Shown piece by piece: positions 29,999 through 39,459 of a stretch of 64,000 bases of DNA. The stretch is from the NCBI GenBank assembly GCA_965242965.1, contig OZ251518.1, positions 1,440,001 through 1,504,000 on the forward strand, given 5' to 3'. The DNA comes from Candidatus Poribacteria bacterium (GTDB taxonomy: Bacteria > Poribacteria > WGA-4E > WGA-3G). Position 1 is the first letter of the stretch; every line of letters begins with the position of its first letter. Below the pieces are notes generated by a model. It was not told the DNA's origin and made no database searches. It was given only the letters and a program-made list of their open reading frames with translations. A program made the translations under genes and the position numbers.

Positions 29999-30126
29999 GG
30001 GATTTTTGTGCGCTATCCGCGCTTGCAAAATTCCCCTGTTTCTTGTAAAATTAAAAGAAAACGAGAGACAAGCCCTCGCGCTACATGCCACCGACAGTTT
30101 ACAAAAAAAATGCCGGTTCCCAGAAA

Positions 30127-31548
30127 ATGTCCAACAAAACGCTTAACCACCTGCTCATTGCCCTCACAATCCTCTTTGATGTCTGTTTCGTTGCCACCGC
30201 CATTCTCGTCGCTTATTGGCTGCGATTCGTATCGGGATGGTTTGAGGCAGTCGCTTTGCACAAAGGCGGCACACCGCCGCTCGCAGATTATTTCCGCCTG
30301 ATTCCGCTCATGGCAGTTATATGGTTCCTAACGTTGCGAACGTTGAAACTCTATCATCTCGATAACAACGCCAGCGTTTCGGCATTCTGGCATCTTTGCA
30401 AAGCCGCCCTCATCGCGCTGATCGCAACGTTAGGCGCGCTCTTCTTTCTCTTCCACCACGATGCCTACTCACGTTGGGTCATGCTCCTCGCAACGGGATT
30501 GAGTTTGATGTGGCTATTCCTCGGGCGCGTCGCGCTGCACCGGTTCAGGCAAGCCATCTATGCGCAAGGAGTCGGCGTGAACCGCGCCGCCATCGTCGGT
30601 TACGATGCACGCGTCCAAAAATTTATCGACGCGCTCTGTGCCAAAACGGACAGCGGTTATCAGATAGTCGGCACAATAGGAGAGCCCTCCGAGTGTCAAA
30701 CAACGCCTCGTTCTCATTGTTCTCAATTCCCGAATCTTGGGGAAACCGCGGCGGTGCTATCTCTCGTGCAAAAGCACCAACTTGACATCCTCTTTATCGC
30801 ATCGCCGACGGTGCCGAATGCGACTATTCTCCAGATTCTCCGCGACTGCGAAGGCGTGCCGGTGCAGATTCACATGCTCCCCGAACTCTCCGAATTTATC
30901 ATCGGCGGCACCGGTGTCAAATCTGTTGCCGGGATGCCAGTTATCCAACTCCGAGATACGCCGATGCAGGGGATGCAGGGCATTGTTAAACGTGCGATTG
31001 ACATCGTTTTCAGCGCGGCGGCGTTAATCGTGCTGAGCCCACTCCTGTTAACAATTGCGATTGCCATCCGTCTCACTTCCCCCGGCAAAGCGATTTTTCG
31101 GCAGGAACGCATTGGCAGAGCCGGCAAGCGGTTCCAGATGTATAAATTCCGCTCCATGCGCGCCGATGCGGAGGAGAACGTCGGGCACGTTTGGGCAAAA
31201 CCCGATGACGCACGTCAGACCGCGCTTGGCAAGTTTCTACGACGCTGGAGTCTAGATGAACTCCCCCAGTTTTTCAATGTTCTCAAAGGTGACATGAGTC
31301 TCGTCGGACCGCGCCCTGAGATGTCCGGGCTTATCCCGACGTTCAGCGAATCTATACCGCACTATCTCGCGCGGCAACGCGTGAAGGCTGGCATGACAGG
31401 ATGGGCCCAGGTCAACGGCTTGCGAGGCAATACTTCGCTTGAAGAACGCATCTGCTACGATAGAGACTATATTGAAAACTGGACGCTCGGTTTGGATATC
31501 AAAATCATTCTGAAGACGTTGTGGGCTATCAAAGCAGGCTCGCGATAG
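30127..31548 (+). CDS. wcaJ: Undecaprenyl-phosphate glucose phosphotransferase (WcaJ/WbaP family)
   Basis: Multiple N-terminal TMs, Rossmann-like linker, KRAIDI, F.QERIG..GK.F..YKFRSM, LRRWSLDELPQFFNVLKGDMSLVGPRPE, GMTGWAQVNGLRG, YIENW.L.LDIKI. Confidence 0.93.
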   Translation: MSNKTLNHLLIALTILFDVCFVATAILVAYWLRFVSGWFEAVALHKGGTPPLADYFRLIPLMAVIWFLTLRTLKLYHLDNNASVSAFWHLCKAALIALIATLGALFFLFHHDAYSRWVMLLATGLSLMWLFLGRVALHRFRQAIYAQGVGVNRAAIVGYDARVQKFIDALCAKTDSGYQIVGTIGEPSECQTTPRSHCSQFPNLGETAAVLSLVQKHQLDILFIASPTVPNATILQILRDCEGVPVQIHMLPELSEFIIGGTGVKSVAGMPVIQLRDTPMQGMQGIVKRAIDIVFSAAALIVLSPLLLTIAIAIRLTSPGKAIFRQERIGRAGKRFQMYKFRSMRADAEENVGHVWAKPDDARQTALGKFLRRWSLDELPQFFNVLKGDMSLVGPRPEMSGLIPTFSESIPHYLARQRVKAGMTGWAQVNGLRGNTSLEERICYDRDYIENWTLGLDIKIILKTLWAIKAGSR

Positions 31549-31561
31549 GTGCCTCAAACTG

Positions 31562-32632
31562 TCAGGAAAAATACCGGCGCACGAAGGGCCATGCTCCAGC
31601 CTTGTAATACCGATGCCCACCCTCACCGATGAAAAGTTCACACCGCTCTGGGACACCTGCTACCGCGTAAATCGTCTTCAACCTTTCATACGCCAATTCC
31701 ACATGAGCGATGGGGAAGATGCCGTCATCGCGGCCCGCAATTGCACAGAATGGGCGCGGCGCAATTAAACCGGCGACATCATACATCTCACCTAACCGCA
31801 TCAACCCCGGCACGTAGTTGCAATCGCAGTGATGAATGGTGCCGATGCTTCCCTCAAACGTGCAGAAATAGCAGCTCGGCACGGCGACAGCAATGCGGGT
31901 TTCACACGCGGCAGCGAAGAGGGAAACGGTGCCGCCGCCCGAATTGCCGGTAATTGCGATGCGTTTTGCATCTACCGGCAGATTCGCAATTGCCCAATCG
32001 ATGAGGCGTGACATGTCCCACACCCGTTCGCCGATGGGTGTCCTACCGATGAGCATGCTATGCACCAGTTCCTCGCGGCAGGAGTTGGTGCGGTTGTTGC
32101 GTTTCGCTGCTTCCGTGCGGGTTTCACCGAATGCGCGCGTCGTCGGCGCGATGGCGATATATCCTTCCTCAGCCGCCGCCTGCCTTGCGATGTCGCGCTC
32201 GCCTTCCAGCATCTCCTTCTCCTCGCTTTCGTTATGCGCGATGCCGGCGTAGATATGCGGATGGTTATGTCCGTGCGGCGCGAGAATCAATGGCAGTTTG
32301 TCCTCTTCCTCTGCTTCCCGGCGCGATGCCTTTTGCGCTGTCTTCGGCAGGAGCAGATAAAACGGCAGCGGCACCGTCGGTTCTACCCACAGATGCCAAC
32401 TTTCACGGATGTGGTTGCCCATGTCCAGCGATTCGGTGCGTTCTGCTTTTGGCACGTAGCCAGCCAAATCGGATTCCATGTGATGCAAACCGAGTGCCTC
32501 ACGCAGTTTCGGGCGAAAAGCGGTTTGCCATGCCAGCCATCCTTCTTGCGAGGTAACCCGAAATTCGTAGTCCCTCGGCACGGAGGCGTATAAGGATTCA
32601 AAGTGTTTCGCGGCGTTATAGGGGGTTTCCAT
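31562..32632 (-). CDS. Alpha/beta hydrolase (dienelactone hydrolase / acetyl xylan esterase-like)
   Basis: PHGH, VD.KRI.ITGNSGGG nucleophile elbow, HC.CNYVPG, LIAPRP, G.DD.IFP, GGHRY. Confidence 0.88.
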   Translation of the reverse strand: METPYNAAKHFESLYASVPRDYEFRVTSQEGWLAWQTAFRPKLREALGLHHMESDLAGYVPKAERTESLDMGNHIRESWHLWVEPTVPLPFYLLLPKTAQKASRREAEEEDKLPLILAPHGHNHPHIYAGIAHNESEEKEMLEGERDIARQAAAEEGYIAIAPTTRAFGETRTEAAKRNNRTNSCREELVHSMLIGRTPIGERVWDMSRLIDWAIANLPVDAKRIAITGNSGGGTVSLFAAACETRIAVAVPSCYFCTFEGSIGTIHHCDCNYVPGLMRLGEMYDVAGLIAPRPFCAIAGRDDGIFPIAHVELAYERLKTIYAVAGVPERCELFIGEGGHRYYKAGAWPFVRRYFS

Positions 32633-32748
32633 GATGCAATTCTCCTAAAATTCCAAACTTTTCCTTGACAACGCTCAGAATTTTATGATGATCTATTGAT
32701 ATGCAGTATACACGAACGCTGAATATAGGGCAAATTGCGCGTAAAATG

Positions 32749-32786
32749 AAAAAAGAGTGGACAGTTTGACGATTTTGGTCGACATT
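32749..32786 (+). promoter_or_regulatory. Candidate alternative-sigma promoter, copy 1 (TGGACA-N16-CGACATT)
   Basis: 32/38 identical to 36568-36605; all mismatches fall in the central spacer and the spacing is conserved. Confidence 0.55.
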
Positions 32787-32814
32787 AAGAGAATAGCGAA
32801 TTTTCGGTAAGGAA

Positions 32815-33113
32815 AGAGGTGCGCAACAAGCGAAACGCGAAACCAGACGAAACTGGCAAGCAGATGGTGAGGAACTGTTCAGCACCCTCTGCATCGCGAT
32901 AGCGCGAACCCTCGTTCCAAGGTTGGCGGAGTGGGGGCACATTTTGCAGCATTTTGCAGTATTTTTGGAAATTATCGGGGAAAAAGTAAAAAAAAGACCG
33001 GTTTTTCCAAAAAAAAGTGAAAAAAAAGCAAAATCACCCTAAATCTTCTGCCGAAAATACCTATACTTAAGTACAAAGGAGAGAGGACCGCAACAAGCGA
33101 AACGAAAAACCAG
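32815..33113 (+). repeat. Pair of 32-nt direct repeats in a non-coding leader
   Basis: AGAGGTGCGCAACAAGCGAAACGCGAAACCAG (32815-32846) vs AGAGGACCGCAACAAGCGAAACGAAAAACCAG (33082-33113), 28/32 identical. Confidence 0.75.
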
Positions 33114-33255
33114 CGGGAATTGAACATATTCGATGTTTGAGTTTCGCTGGATGCATCACGGTGATGCAAGGCTTGATGAGATTTCTTTCCGGTTGTGACG
33201 AGTTATCCGATGTGAAGGTTGTCAATCTGCATTCAACCAAAAGGGAGGTGCAAAG

Positions 33256-34044
33256 ATGTTACGCGAAGTGTTTGCAAACAAAAGTCTTATCGCCGCATTG
33301 ATAGGTTGTGGGCTCGTGATTGTCGGCATCCACTTTTGGAGCCAACACGAACACAGCAAACTCCGACAGGAGGAAGCGGAGACGCGGCGATTCATCCAAC
33401 AAGTGGCGGCGGAGAAGAAAGCGGCCACCACACGCGTGGAAGAACTATCTGTCGTCTCACAACCACACGAGGTGAAGCACGACGCGCAGGCGGCGCACGA
33501 TAACTTCGCGGGGGATACCGATAATGGGATACCGGAGGTAGACACCGCAACGAAAGCGATAGAAGTTGAGACCCTCGTTGAGGACGAACTCGTCGCGCAC
33601 GAGGAACCGCCAGAACCGCAGCGCATGTCCCTCTTTGGCTTCGGTGCTTATCCCGAACTCCCGCCGGATTACCGAGAACCAGACGTGTGGGAGCGGATAG
33701 AAGAACTCTACCATTCTGACGCGGAATTGGCAGAGAGTTGTGAACTGATGGCGCGCGTTCAAATCAAACTCTGGAAACAAGGACGCCATTCTGTCGGTGC
33801 TTCCCGCGACAGGCAAACGGGGCTCATCTATCCACATTATCCCAACACGGCGTATGTCCGATGGGCATGGGACGTGGACGAAAATGGGCACCCGGTTCGC
33901 TATGCCGCTGGTGTAAAAGGTGGTGCAGATCTCGCGCAGTATAACCACTATTTCGCTGAGGGAGAAATTCCGCCGCACATCACCGTGATTGACTACGAGG
34001 ATGCGGGCATCGATCCCTATCAATTCTTGGACTTCCAACACTAA
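33256..34044 (+). CDS. Membrane-anchored hypothetical protein, family I
   Basis: GGAGG SD, TM, S.FGFG.YPE.PPDY, ELM.RV.IKLWKQG, GLIYPHYPNTAYVRW, GIDPYQFL. Confidence 0.82.
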   Translation: MLREVFANKSLIAALIGCGLVIVGIHFWSQHEHSKLRQEEAETRRFIQQVAAEKKAATTRVEELSVVSQPHEVKHDAQAAHDNFAGDTDNGIPEVDTATKAIEVETLVEDELVAHEEPPEPQRMSLFGFGAYPELPPDYREPDVWERIEELYHSDAELAESCELMARVQIKLWKQGRHSVGASRDRQTGLIYPHYPNTAYVRWAWDVDENGHPVRYAAGVKGGADLAQYNHYFAEGEIPPHITVIDYEDAGIDPYQFLDFQH

Positions 34045-34081
34045 AAAGGATTTATTCTTGAATTCGGCGAATGACTGATAA

Positions 34082-34171
34082 CAGGGACACTACGCCGAAG
34101 GAGTCGTCTATAAGAGCAAAACTGGGTTAATTTACCCACTCTATCCTAACACCGCTTACATCAAGTATTGA
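34082..34171 (+). pseudogene. Internal fragment of a further family I paralogue
   Basis: Reads QGHYAEGVVYKSKTGLIYPLYPNTAYIKY-stop, with no start codon. Confidence 0.75.
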
Positions 34172-34179
34172 GGTGCATC

Positions 34180-34872
34180 ATGCAGAAACTTGCCTATGCT
34201 GCTATCGTCGTCCTGCTCGTCGTCGGTGGCATCATCATCTATGCCGAATGGGAGAAAAAGAACTTCACCGAGAGGCTCCCGAAACCCCCGGAAGTCGTGG
34301 AGGCACCCGCCGCGTCGCCAGCAGAGAAGCCGTTGTCTCTTGTTGAGAGAGCCCCCACGCTGGAACATCATGACGCGACAGAACAGGCGGATCCGGATAG
34401 CGAGATAACTGGCGGACAATCTTCTATCGAACATTACGATTGGCAAACCGAACCTCATCCGGATAACCACAAACACGCACGGAAATCTGATCCGTGGCGA
34501 AACAACGACGCTGCAACGCAGGAATCTTTGCCCCCGGAAGCGATGAGTGATGACGAACTTGGGGAGCAGACCCTGAATCAACTCATCGAACGGTTCGGCG
34601 ATATTCCAGAGGTGCATGCCTATATGGAATACGACCGGCGTGTCAAAACCGGACAGGATATTCCGCTTGAAGAGGATATCGCTTACCTTGAGGCCATGCA
34701 GTTTCTGTTTCCCAATGAGGCGACGCGCAAAACAATCGTCCTTAAAAAATGGGAGTTGAAAAATGGTTTCATCTTGCCAACGGCAGCGGATTTGGAGTAT
34801 TTCAAGAGTGAGGGCATCACGGTTCTCTATCATAAGGACGGTTCTCTCAAGAAAATCACGACGAAGTATTAA
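34180..34872 (+). CDS. Membrane-anchored hypothetical protein, family II (FGDIPEV)
   Basis: GAGGTG SD, ATG 34180, TM, WE.K.FTE.LPKPP, ERFGDIPEVH, EE.IAYLEA..FLFPNEA. Confidence 0.82.
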   Translation: MQKLAYAAIVVLLVVGGIIIYAEWEKKNFTERLPKPPEVVEAPAASPAEKPLSLVERAPTLEHHDATEQADPDSEITGGQSSIEHYDWQTEPHPDNHKHARKSDPWRNNDAATQESLPPEAMSDDELGEQTLNQLIERFGDIPEVHAYMEYDRRVKTGQDIPLEEDIAYLEAMQFLFPNEATRKTIVLKKWELKNGFILPTAADLEYFKSEGITVLYHKDGSLKKITTKY

Positions 34873-34922
34873 CGGGAAGGAGAGGAACTGCGGTTTCCCC
34901 CTCTCTTCCACACCGCGGCGGC

Positions 34923-35446
34923 AGGTAGGAGGGACATCCCTGTCCCGATGGGTTTTTGGGTAGGAGGGACATCCCTGTCCCGATGCAAGCGATGCTTCCG
35001 GTAGGAGAGACCTCCCGGTCTCGATGCAATAGGGCGGCGCGCCTACCGGGGGCGCGGCGGCAGAAAGCCCCCCCCTTCATCGTAGGGCGAGGGCCTGTCC
35101 CTCGCCAGCGTCCGCGCAATCCAACGCATGCGGGGGACAGGCCCCCGCACTACGATAAAAACGGCACTTCACCGTAGGGCGAGGGCCTGTCCCTCGCCAT
35201 GCCTCGCGCTACGGGAAAAACGTCGCTTGTTCTCTTCAGGTCCGTAGGACCTAAAGAGGCATCGGGACGATAGAGATCGCGGGGGACAGGCCCCCGCGCT
35301 ACGAAAAAAAAAACGGTTCTTGAGCCATCGCGGGGGAAACCCGCTCGGATGCGCGTATGGCATCCGAGGGCCCCCGCGCTACGGGTGCATCGAGACCGGG
35401 AGGTCTCTCCTACCGGGAAAAATCGAGACCAGGAGGTCTCTCCTAC
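34923..35446. repeat. Mosaic REP-like palindrome cluster
   Basis: C, B and A/A' units and a nested-loop variant. Confidence 0.88.
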
Positions 35447-35670
35447 AAGGAATTTAGTTAAGGACATTGTCCACTTTAATCCTGAAATGGCATCCATACT
35501 TGGCGATGCCGCTCAACCTATTAACCGGCGCGCGTTGGAAACGGCGCATGCCAAACCGAATTTAGGAAGTCAAACGTAATGATTCAACAGGTGAATGTCA
35601 ACATGAAGTGCAGGTAGAGGCGGTGCATCTCTGATGCGCGCCTTTGCTAATTCCCAAAAGGAGCGCGATC

Positions 35671-36498
35671 ATGATGTCCGAACATTTTGATATCCCACAC
35701 CTGAGCCCTGCTATTGAGCGGCTCATTTCAAGTTATCCCTTGTTGTCTGCCGAGGAAGAACGTTCCCTCGCGCGCGACGGTTCCGAAGCCGCGCGCGAGG
35801 AGCTCATCCTTTGCAATCTGCGGCTTGTCAAGTCCATCGCCCTCCAATTTTCAGGCTGTGGGCTAGAGCTCGATGACCTCTTCTCGGAAGGAGAGGTGGC
35901 ACTCATCCAAGCCGTTGATAAATTCAATCCCTCCCGTGGCCGACTCGCCACTTATGCCAGCTACCGTATCCGTGGCAGAATCATGGATTACATCGACAAG
36001 CACCGGACGCTCGTCCACGTGCCGAAACCGCTGCGGCAGCAGGTGAACCGGTTTCGCCGCATGCTTGATAGCCTCGGCGGTTCTGTCTCCGATGAAATGA
36101 TGGCATCCGTGTTGGACTGTTCTCTCAAAGAGGTGCAAGAGATTCGTCGCTGCTCGGCGCAGGGCACAGAGAGTCTTGATGCCCCGGTGGGGACAGATGC
36201 TGACGAAGAAGACATAACGCTCGCCGAGTGCGTCGGCACCCACGATGCCGACATCGCGGCTGTTGAAGCGCGGCAGGACTTAGACTTCTTCCTCGCGCGC
36301 CTTAAACCCGAGGAAGCCGAGGTGATTCGGCTTCAGTGGGGCATCGGTGGCGCCCCTCCAATGAGCGTTCGCGAGATTGCAGCAGTCGTTGGCTACGGCA
36401 AATCCTGGGTCTCGGAGACCTCGTCTGCCGCAATGAAGAAACTGAAGCAGCTCGCGAGGGAAATGAGGGAACAGGAGGATGATCCAGGTTCTCATTGA
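35671..36498 (+). CDS. Sigma-70 family RNA polymerase sigma factor (divergent, group 3-like)
   Basis: AAGGAG SD; region 1.2 PLLSAEEE..LA; region 2 AREELI..NLRLV.SIA, DL..EG...LI.AVDKF.P.RG...TYA..RIRG.I; region 3 SLDAPVG; region 4 HTH L...E..VI.L..G..G..PMS.REIA. Confidence 0.92.
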   Translation: MMSEHFDIPHLSPAIERLISSYPLLSAEEERSLARDGSEAAREELILCNLRLVKSIALQFSGCGLELDDLFSEGEVALIQAVDKFNPSRGRLATYASYRIRGRIMDYIDKHRTLVHVPKPLRQQVNRFRRMLDSLGGSVSDEMMASVLDCSLKEVQEIRRCSAQGTESLDAPVGTDADEEDITLAECVGTHDADIAAVEARQDLDFFLARLKPEEAEVIRLQWGIGGAPPMSVREIAAVVGYGKSWVSETSSAAMKKLKQLAREMREQEDDPGSH

Positions 36499-36567
36499 CA
36501 AGGCGCGTCGATGCGCCTGTCTTTGGCATGCGCACGACGCAAAACATACGGAAGTACGCGTGTCGTA

Positions 36568-36605
36568 AAAAAAGAGTGGACACTTCCAGCTTTTTGGTCG
36601 ACATT
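36568..36605 (+). promoter_or_regulatory. Candidate alternative-sigma promoter, copy 2, 70 nt downstream of the sigma gene
   Basis: AAAAAAGAGTGGACA-CTTCCAGCT-TTTTGGTCGACATT; matches 32749-32786. Confidence 0.55.
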
Positions 36606-36617
36606 GGAGGTAGAACT

Positions 36618-37158
36618 GAGGTTGTTTCATAACTCGTTGTTGTCAAAATGGTTTCGTGAGACCTTGAACGATTCCGTTTCCTCGGTAGGAGAGACCTCCT
36701 GGTCTCGATGCAATAGGGCAGCGCGCCTCTCGGGGCAGCGGCGGCAGAAGGTCCCCCTTCATCGTAGGGCGAGGGACAGGCCCTCGCCATGCCTCGCGCT
36801 ACGGGAAAAACGTCTCTTGTTCTCTTCAGGTCCGTAGGACCTTAATGTCTATAGACCCGCGTAGACGCGAAGAATGCTAAGGTCCTTTAGGTCCTTAATA
36901 GACTTTGAGATGCCGCGTGTTTTTTATTAAGGTCCTAAAGGACCTTGCCGTTGTCTGGCACGTTTTTCTATAGATATGGTCCTAAAGGACCTAAAACGCC
37001 ACTCTTGACGACGGAGATCGCGGGGGACAGGCCCCCGCGCTACGATAAAAAAAACGGTTCTTGAGCCATCGCGCGGGACAGGTCCCCGCGTTACGGGAAC
37101 ATCGAGACCGGGAGGTCTCTCCTACGGGGAGGCATCGAGACCGGGAGGTCTCTCCTAC
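36618..37158. repeat. Mosaic REP-like cluster with left terminal motif
   Basis: GAGGTTGTTTCATAACT at 36618; B and A/A' units, long palindrome at ~36828-36992. Confidence 0.85.
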
Positions 37159-37187
37159 CCGGAGGGCATTGATAAAGGAGTTTTCCA

Positions 37188-37841
37188 ATGAAAAAACTCA
37201 CCTTCATAGGGATAGGCTGCCTGCTTTTGATAACTCTCGGTGTTCTCTACACCTATCGAGAGACGACAAATTTTGTAGACAGCCTGCCGAAGCCGCCTGC
37301 AGCGGCACCAACTGTTGAGGAAGAAACGCAGCCGGGCCCCACCGAAGAAACACAAGAAAGGGGCTCGGATGACATCGGCAGAAAAGCTGTGTCTCCCGAA
37401 GTATCCGAGAGTGCCGAGGGTGAGGCTGAAATCCAAACGGAAGCAAACCCAGAAGCACCACGCGAGGCCGATTATGATTGGCGAGAGGGCTCGGCACATT
37501 CGCATGAACCTCTGCACCAGCCAAAGCTGTGGCATCAGGTAGAAACTGCCGTAGAACGCCCGGTAAATGTGAGGGACGTTACTGCAGAAGCACTCCGGCA
37601 TCAACTGATTCAAAGGTTTGGAGACATTCCCGAAGTTCACACCTTTGTTGAGATGGGGGAGCGGGTCGAAAACGGTGAGCAGCTTACCCCTGAGGAATCT
37701 ATTGCGTATATTGAGAGTATGCTCCACTTGTTCCCGAGTAAACAGACGGAGCATGCGCTTGAAGAAATCAAGCGAATACTGCGGCTGTATCAAGTGAAAG
37801 GGGCCCCCGGGGGCATCCGTATACAGGAACTCCCGGAGTGA
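37188..37841 (+). CDS. Membrane-anchored hypothetical protein, family II
   Basis: AAGGAG SD, TM, F.DSLPKPP, YDW...HSH, QRFGDIPEVH, EESIAY.E...HLFPS. Confidence 0.82.
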   Translation: MKKLTFIGIGCLLLITLGVLYTYRETTNFVDSLPKPPAAAPTVEEETQPGPTEETQERGSDDIGRKAVSPEVSESAEGEAEIQTEANPEAPREADYDWREGSAHSHEPLHQPKLWHQVETAVERPVNVRDVTAEALRHQLIQRFGDIPEVHTFVEMGERVENGEQLTPEESIAYIESMLHLFPSKQTEHALEEIKRILRLYQVKGAPGGIRIQELPE

Positions 37842-37856
37842 CAGGAGGATAAACCG

Positions 37857-38303
37857 ATGCAATTTCAGAACCCGCTCCTGCTAGCCCTGGCGATGCTCGT
37901 CCTGACAGCCTGCCTTTACGGCTGTAGTAGCAGACACGCCAGCGAGACAACGGCGGACACCTTTCCGCTCGGCTGGCAGGAATCCAAGGCACATTTTCGG
38001 GAAACGCGGAACTTCAGTGCTGACAACCCGCTTCCCGGAATGTTCAATCCCGGCGCAAATGATGAGTCATTCATCAAGAAGTTTGGAGACACCCCGCAGG
38101 TGCGGAACTATCTCTCCCTGAGAAAACAGTTTCTGCGGGGTGAATCCCTTAATATTGACGAGGCGATAGCACTCCTGTCCGCCGAATCCATGCTCTCGCC
38201 AACTGAAATTACAGCGAAGCTGCTAAATCAACTCTTGGCGATAAAAAGACAGTTGGATACGGAGGGCACCTCTGACTTTGAATACAGATATGAACGAAAG
38301 TAA
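37857..38303 (+). CDS. Putative lipoprotein, family II
   Basis: AGGAGG SD, lipobox CLYGC, KFGDTPQVR.Y..L...FL.G.SL.IDEAIAL, FEYRY. Confidence 0.8.
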   Translation: MQFQNPLLLALAMLVLTACLYGCSSRHASETTADTFPLGWQESKAHFRETRNFSADNPLPGMFNPGANDESFIKKFGDTPQVRNYLSLRKQFLRGESLNIDEAIALLSAESMLSPTEITAKLLNQLLAIKRQLDTEGTSDFEYRYERK

Positions 38304-38427
38304 GCGTGTTGTGAGTGTCAATGCGTTTGTCTACGGGCTGACGCTCGGCGACTTCGTTCGGTATAAGAGGTAATCCAACCCTCACGTTATCTGAAAGTTT
38401 TTAGCCAAAAAACGGAGAATTAACGTT

Positions 38428-38970
38428 ATGAAATGCCAAAAGGGAATGTTAATCGGGATGCTTGTTTTGACGGTTTGCCTTTACGGGTGCGGTGGTAAAC
38501 ACGTCAGCGAGCCCTCCCCCAACGGAACACCGAGTCAGTTGCAAGTCTCCGACGAATCTTTTGTCCTTTGCAACCCACTAACGGATAGTCCTCACAACCC
38601 CCTGGTCAGGAAGTTTGGGGACATCCCACAGGTGCGCACCTATATGACGCTTCAGCGCAAGTTCTTGACAGGGACATCGCTCACCATTGATGAGGCGATT
38701 GCTCTCACGGCAGCCGACTTGCATTTGTACCCGTCTGAAATGATGGCGAAAAGACTCAAAAGGCTCAAAGAGGTAAAGAATCGACTGGAAACAGGAAGTT
38801 CCTCCGGCTTTGAGTATAGATATAGTGGCGGCACCGTATTCGATCTTCGGACCGGCGACAGCATCGTGGTTTACCATCCAGACGGGAGCAAAACGGTGAA
38901 TGACTTCCGGAACCCTGATGGAAAACCGATAGTGGTTCCTCCACCGAAACGGCCTAGCGAGACACGTTAA
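38428..38970 (+). CDS. Putative lipoprotein, family II (close paralogue of 37857)
   Basis: Lipobox CLYGC, KFGDIPQVR.Y..L...FL.G.SL.IDEAIAL, FEYRY. Confidence 0.8.
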   Translation: MKCQKGMLIGMLVLTVCLYGCGGKHVSEPSPNGTPSQLQVSDESFVLCNPLTDSPHNPLVRKFGDIPQVRTYMTLQRKFLTGTSLTIDEAIALTAADLHLYPSEMMAKRLKRLKEVKNRLETGSSSGFEYRYSGGTVFDLRTGDSIVVYHPDGSKTVNDFRNPDGKPIVVPPPKRPSETR

Positions 38971-39057
38971 CGGGGATTCTAAACAACCCGCGCGCTTTTC
39001 AGTGGCACGCTTTCAAAGGGAAGTGTTGATAGGCGCGCCGGGTCTTGATGGCTTCCC

Positions 39058-39398
39058 GGTAGGAGAGACCTCCTGGTCTCGATGCAATAGGGCGGCGCGC
39101 CTACCGGGGGCGCGGCGGCAGAAGGTCTCCCTTCATCGTAGGGCGAGGGCCTGTCCCTCGCCATCGTTCGCGCACTCCAACGATCGCGGGGGACAGGCCC
39201 CCGCGCTACGATAAAAAAACGGTTTTTGAGCCATCGCGGGGGACAGGCCCCCGCGCTACGATAAAAAAAACGGTTTTTGAGCCATCGCGGGGGAAACCCG
39301 CTCGGATGCGCGTGTGGCATCCGAGGGCCCCCGCGCTACGGGAGAATCGAGACCGGGAGGTCTCTCCTACGGGGAGGGCATTGATATATGAAACACTC
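39058..39398. repeat. Mosaic REP-like cluster with right terminal motif
   Basis: B and A/A' units; ATATATGAAACACTC at 39384-39398. Confidence 0.85.
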
Positions 39399-39459
39399 GC
39401 AGAGAATCTAGCAGGCCCTAACAAGGAATTCGCAATCATCTATAAGAGGAGAATGAACC

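Noticed and set aside
32749-32950. c-di-GMP-I or other known riboswitch suggested by AAAGAGTGG
   Set aside because: Lacks the GCAAACC/GACGCAAAG core and the paired stems; no match to a family I can support by eye
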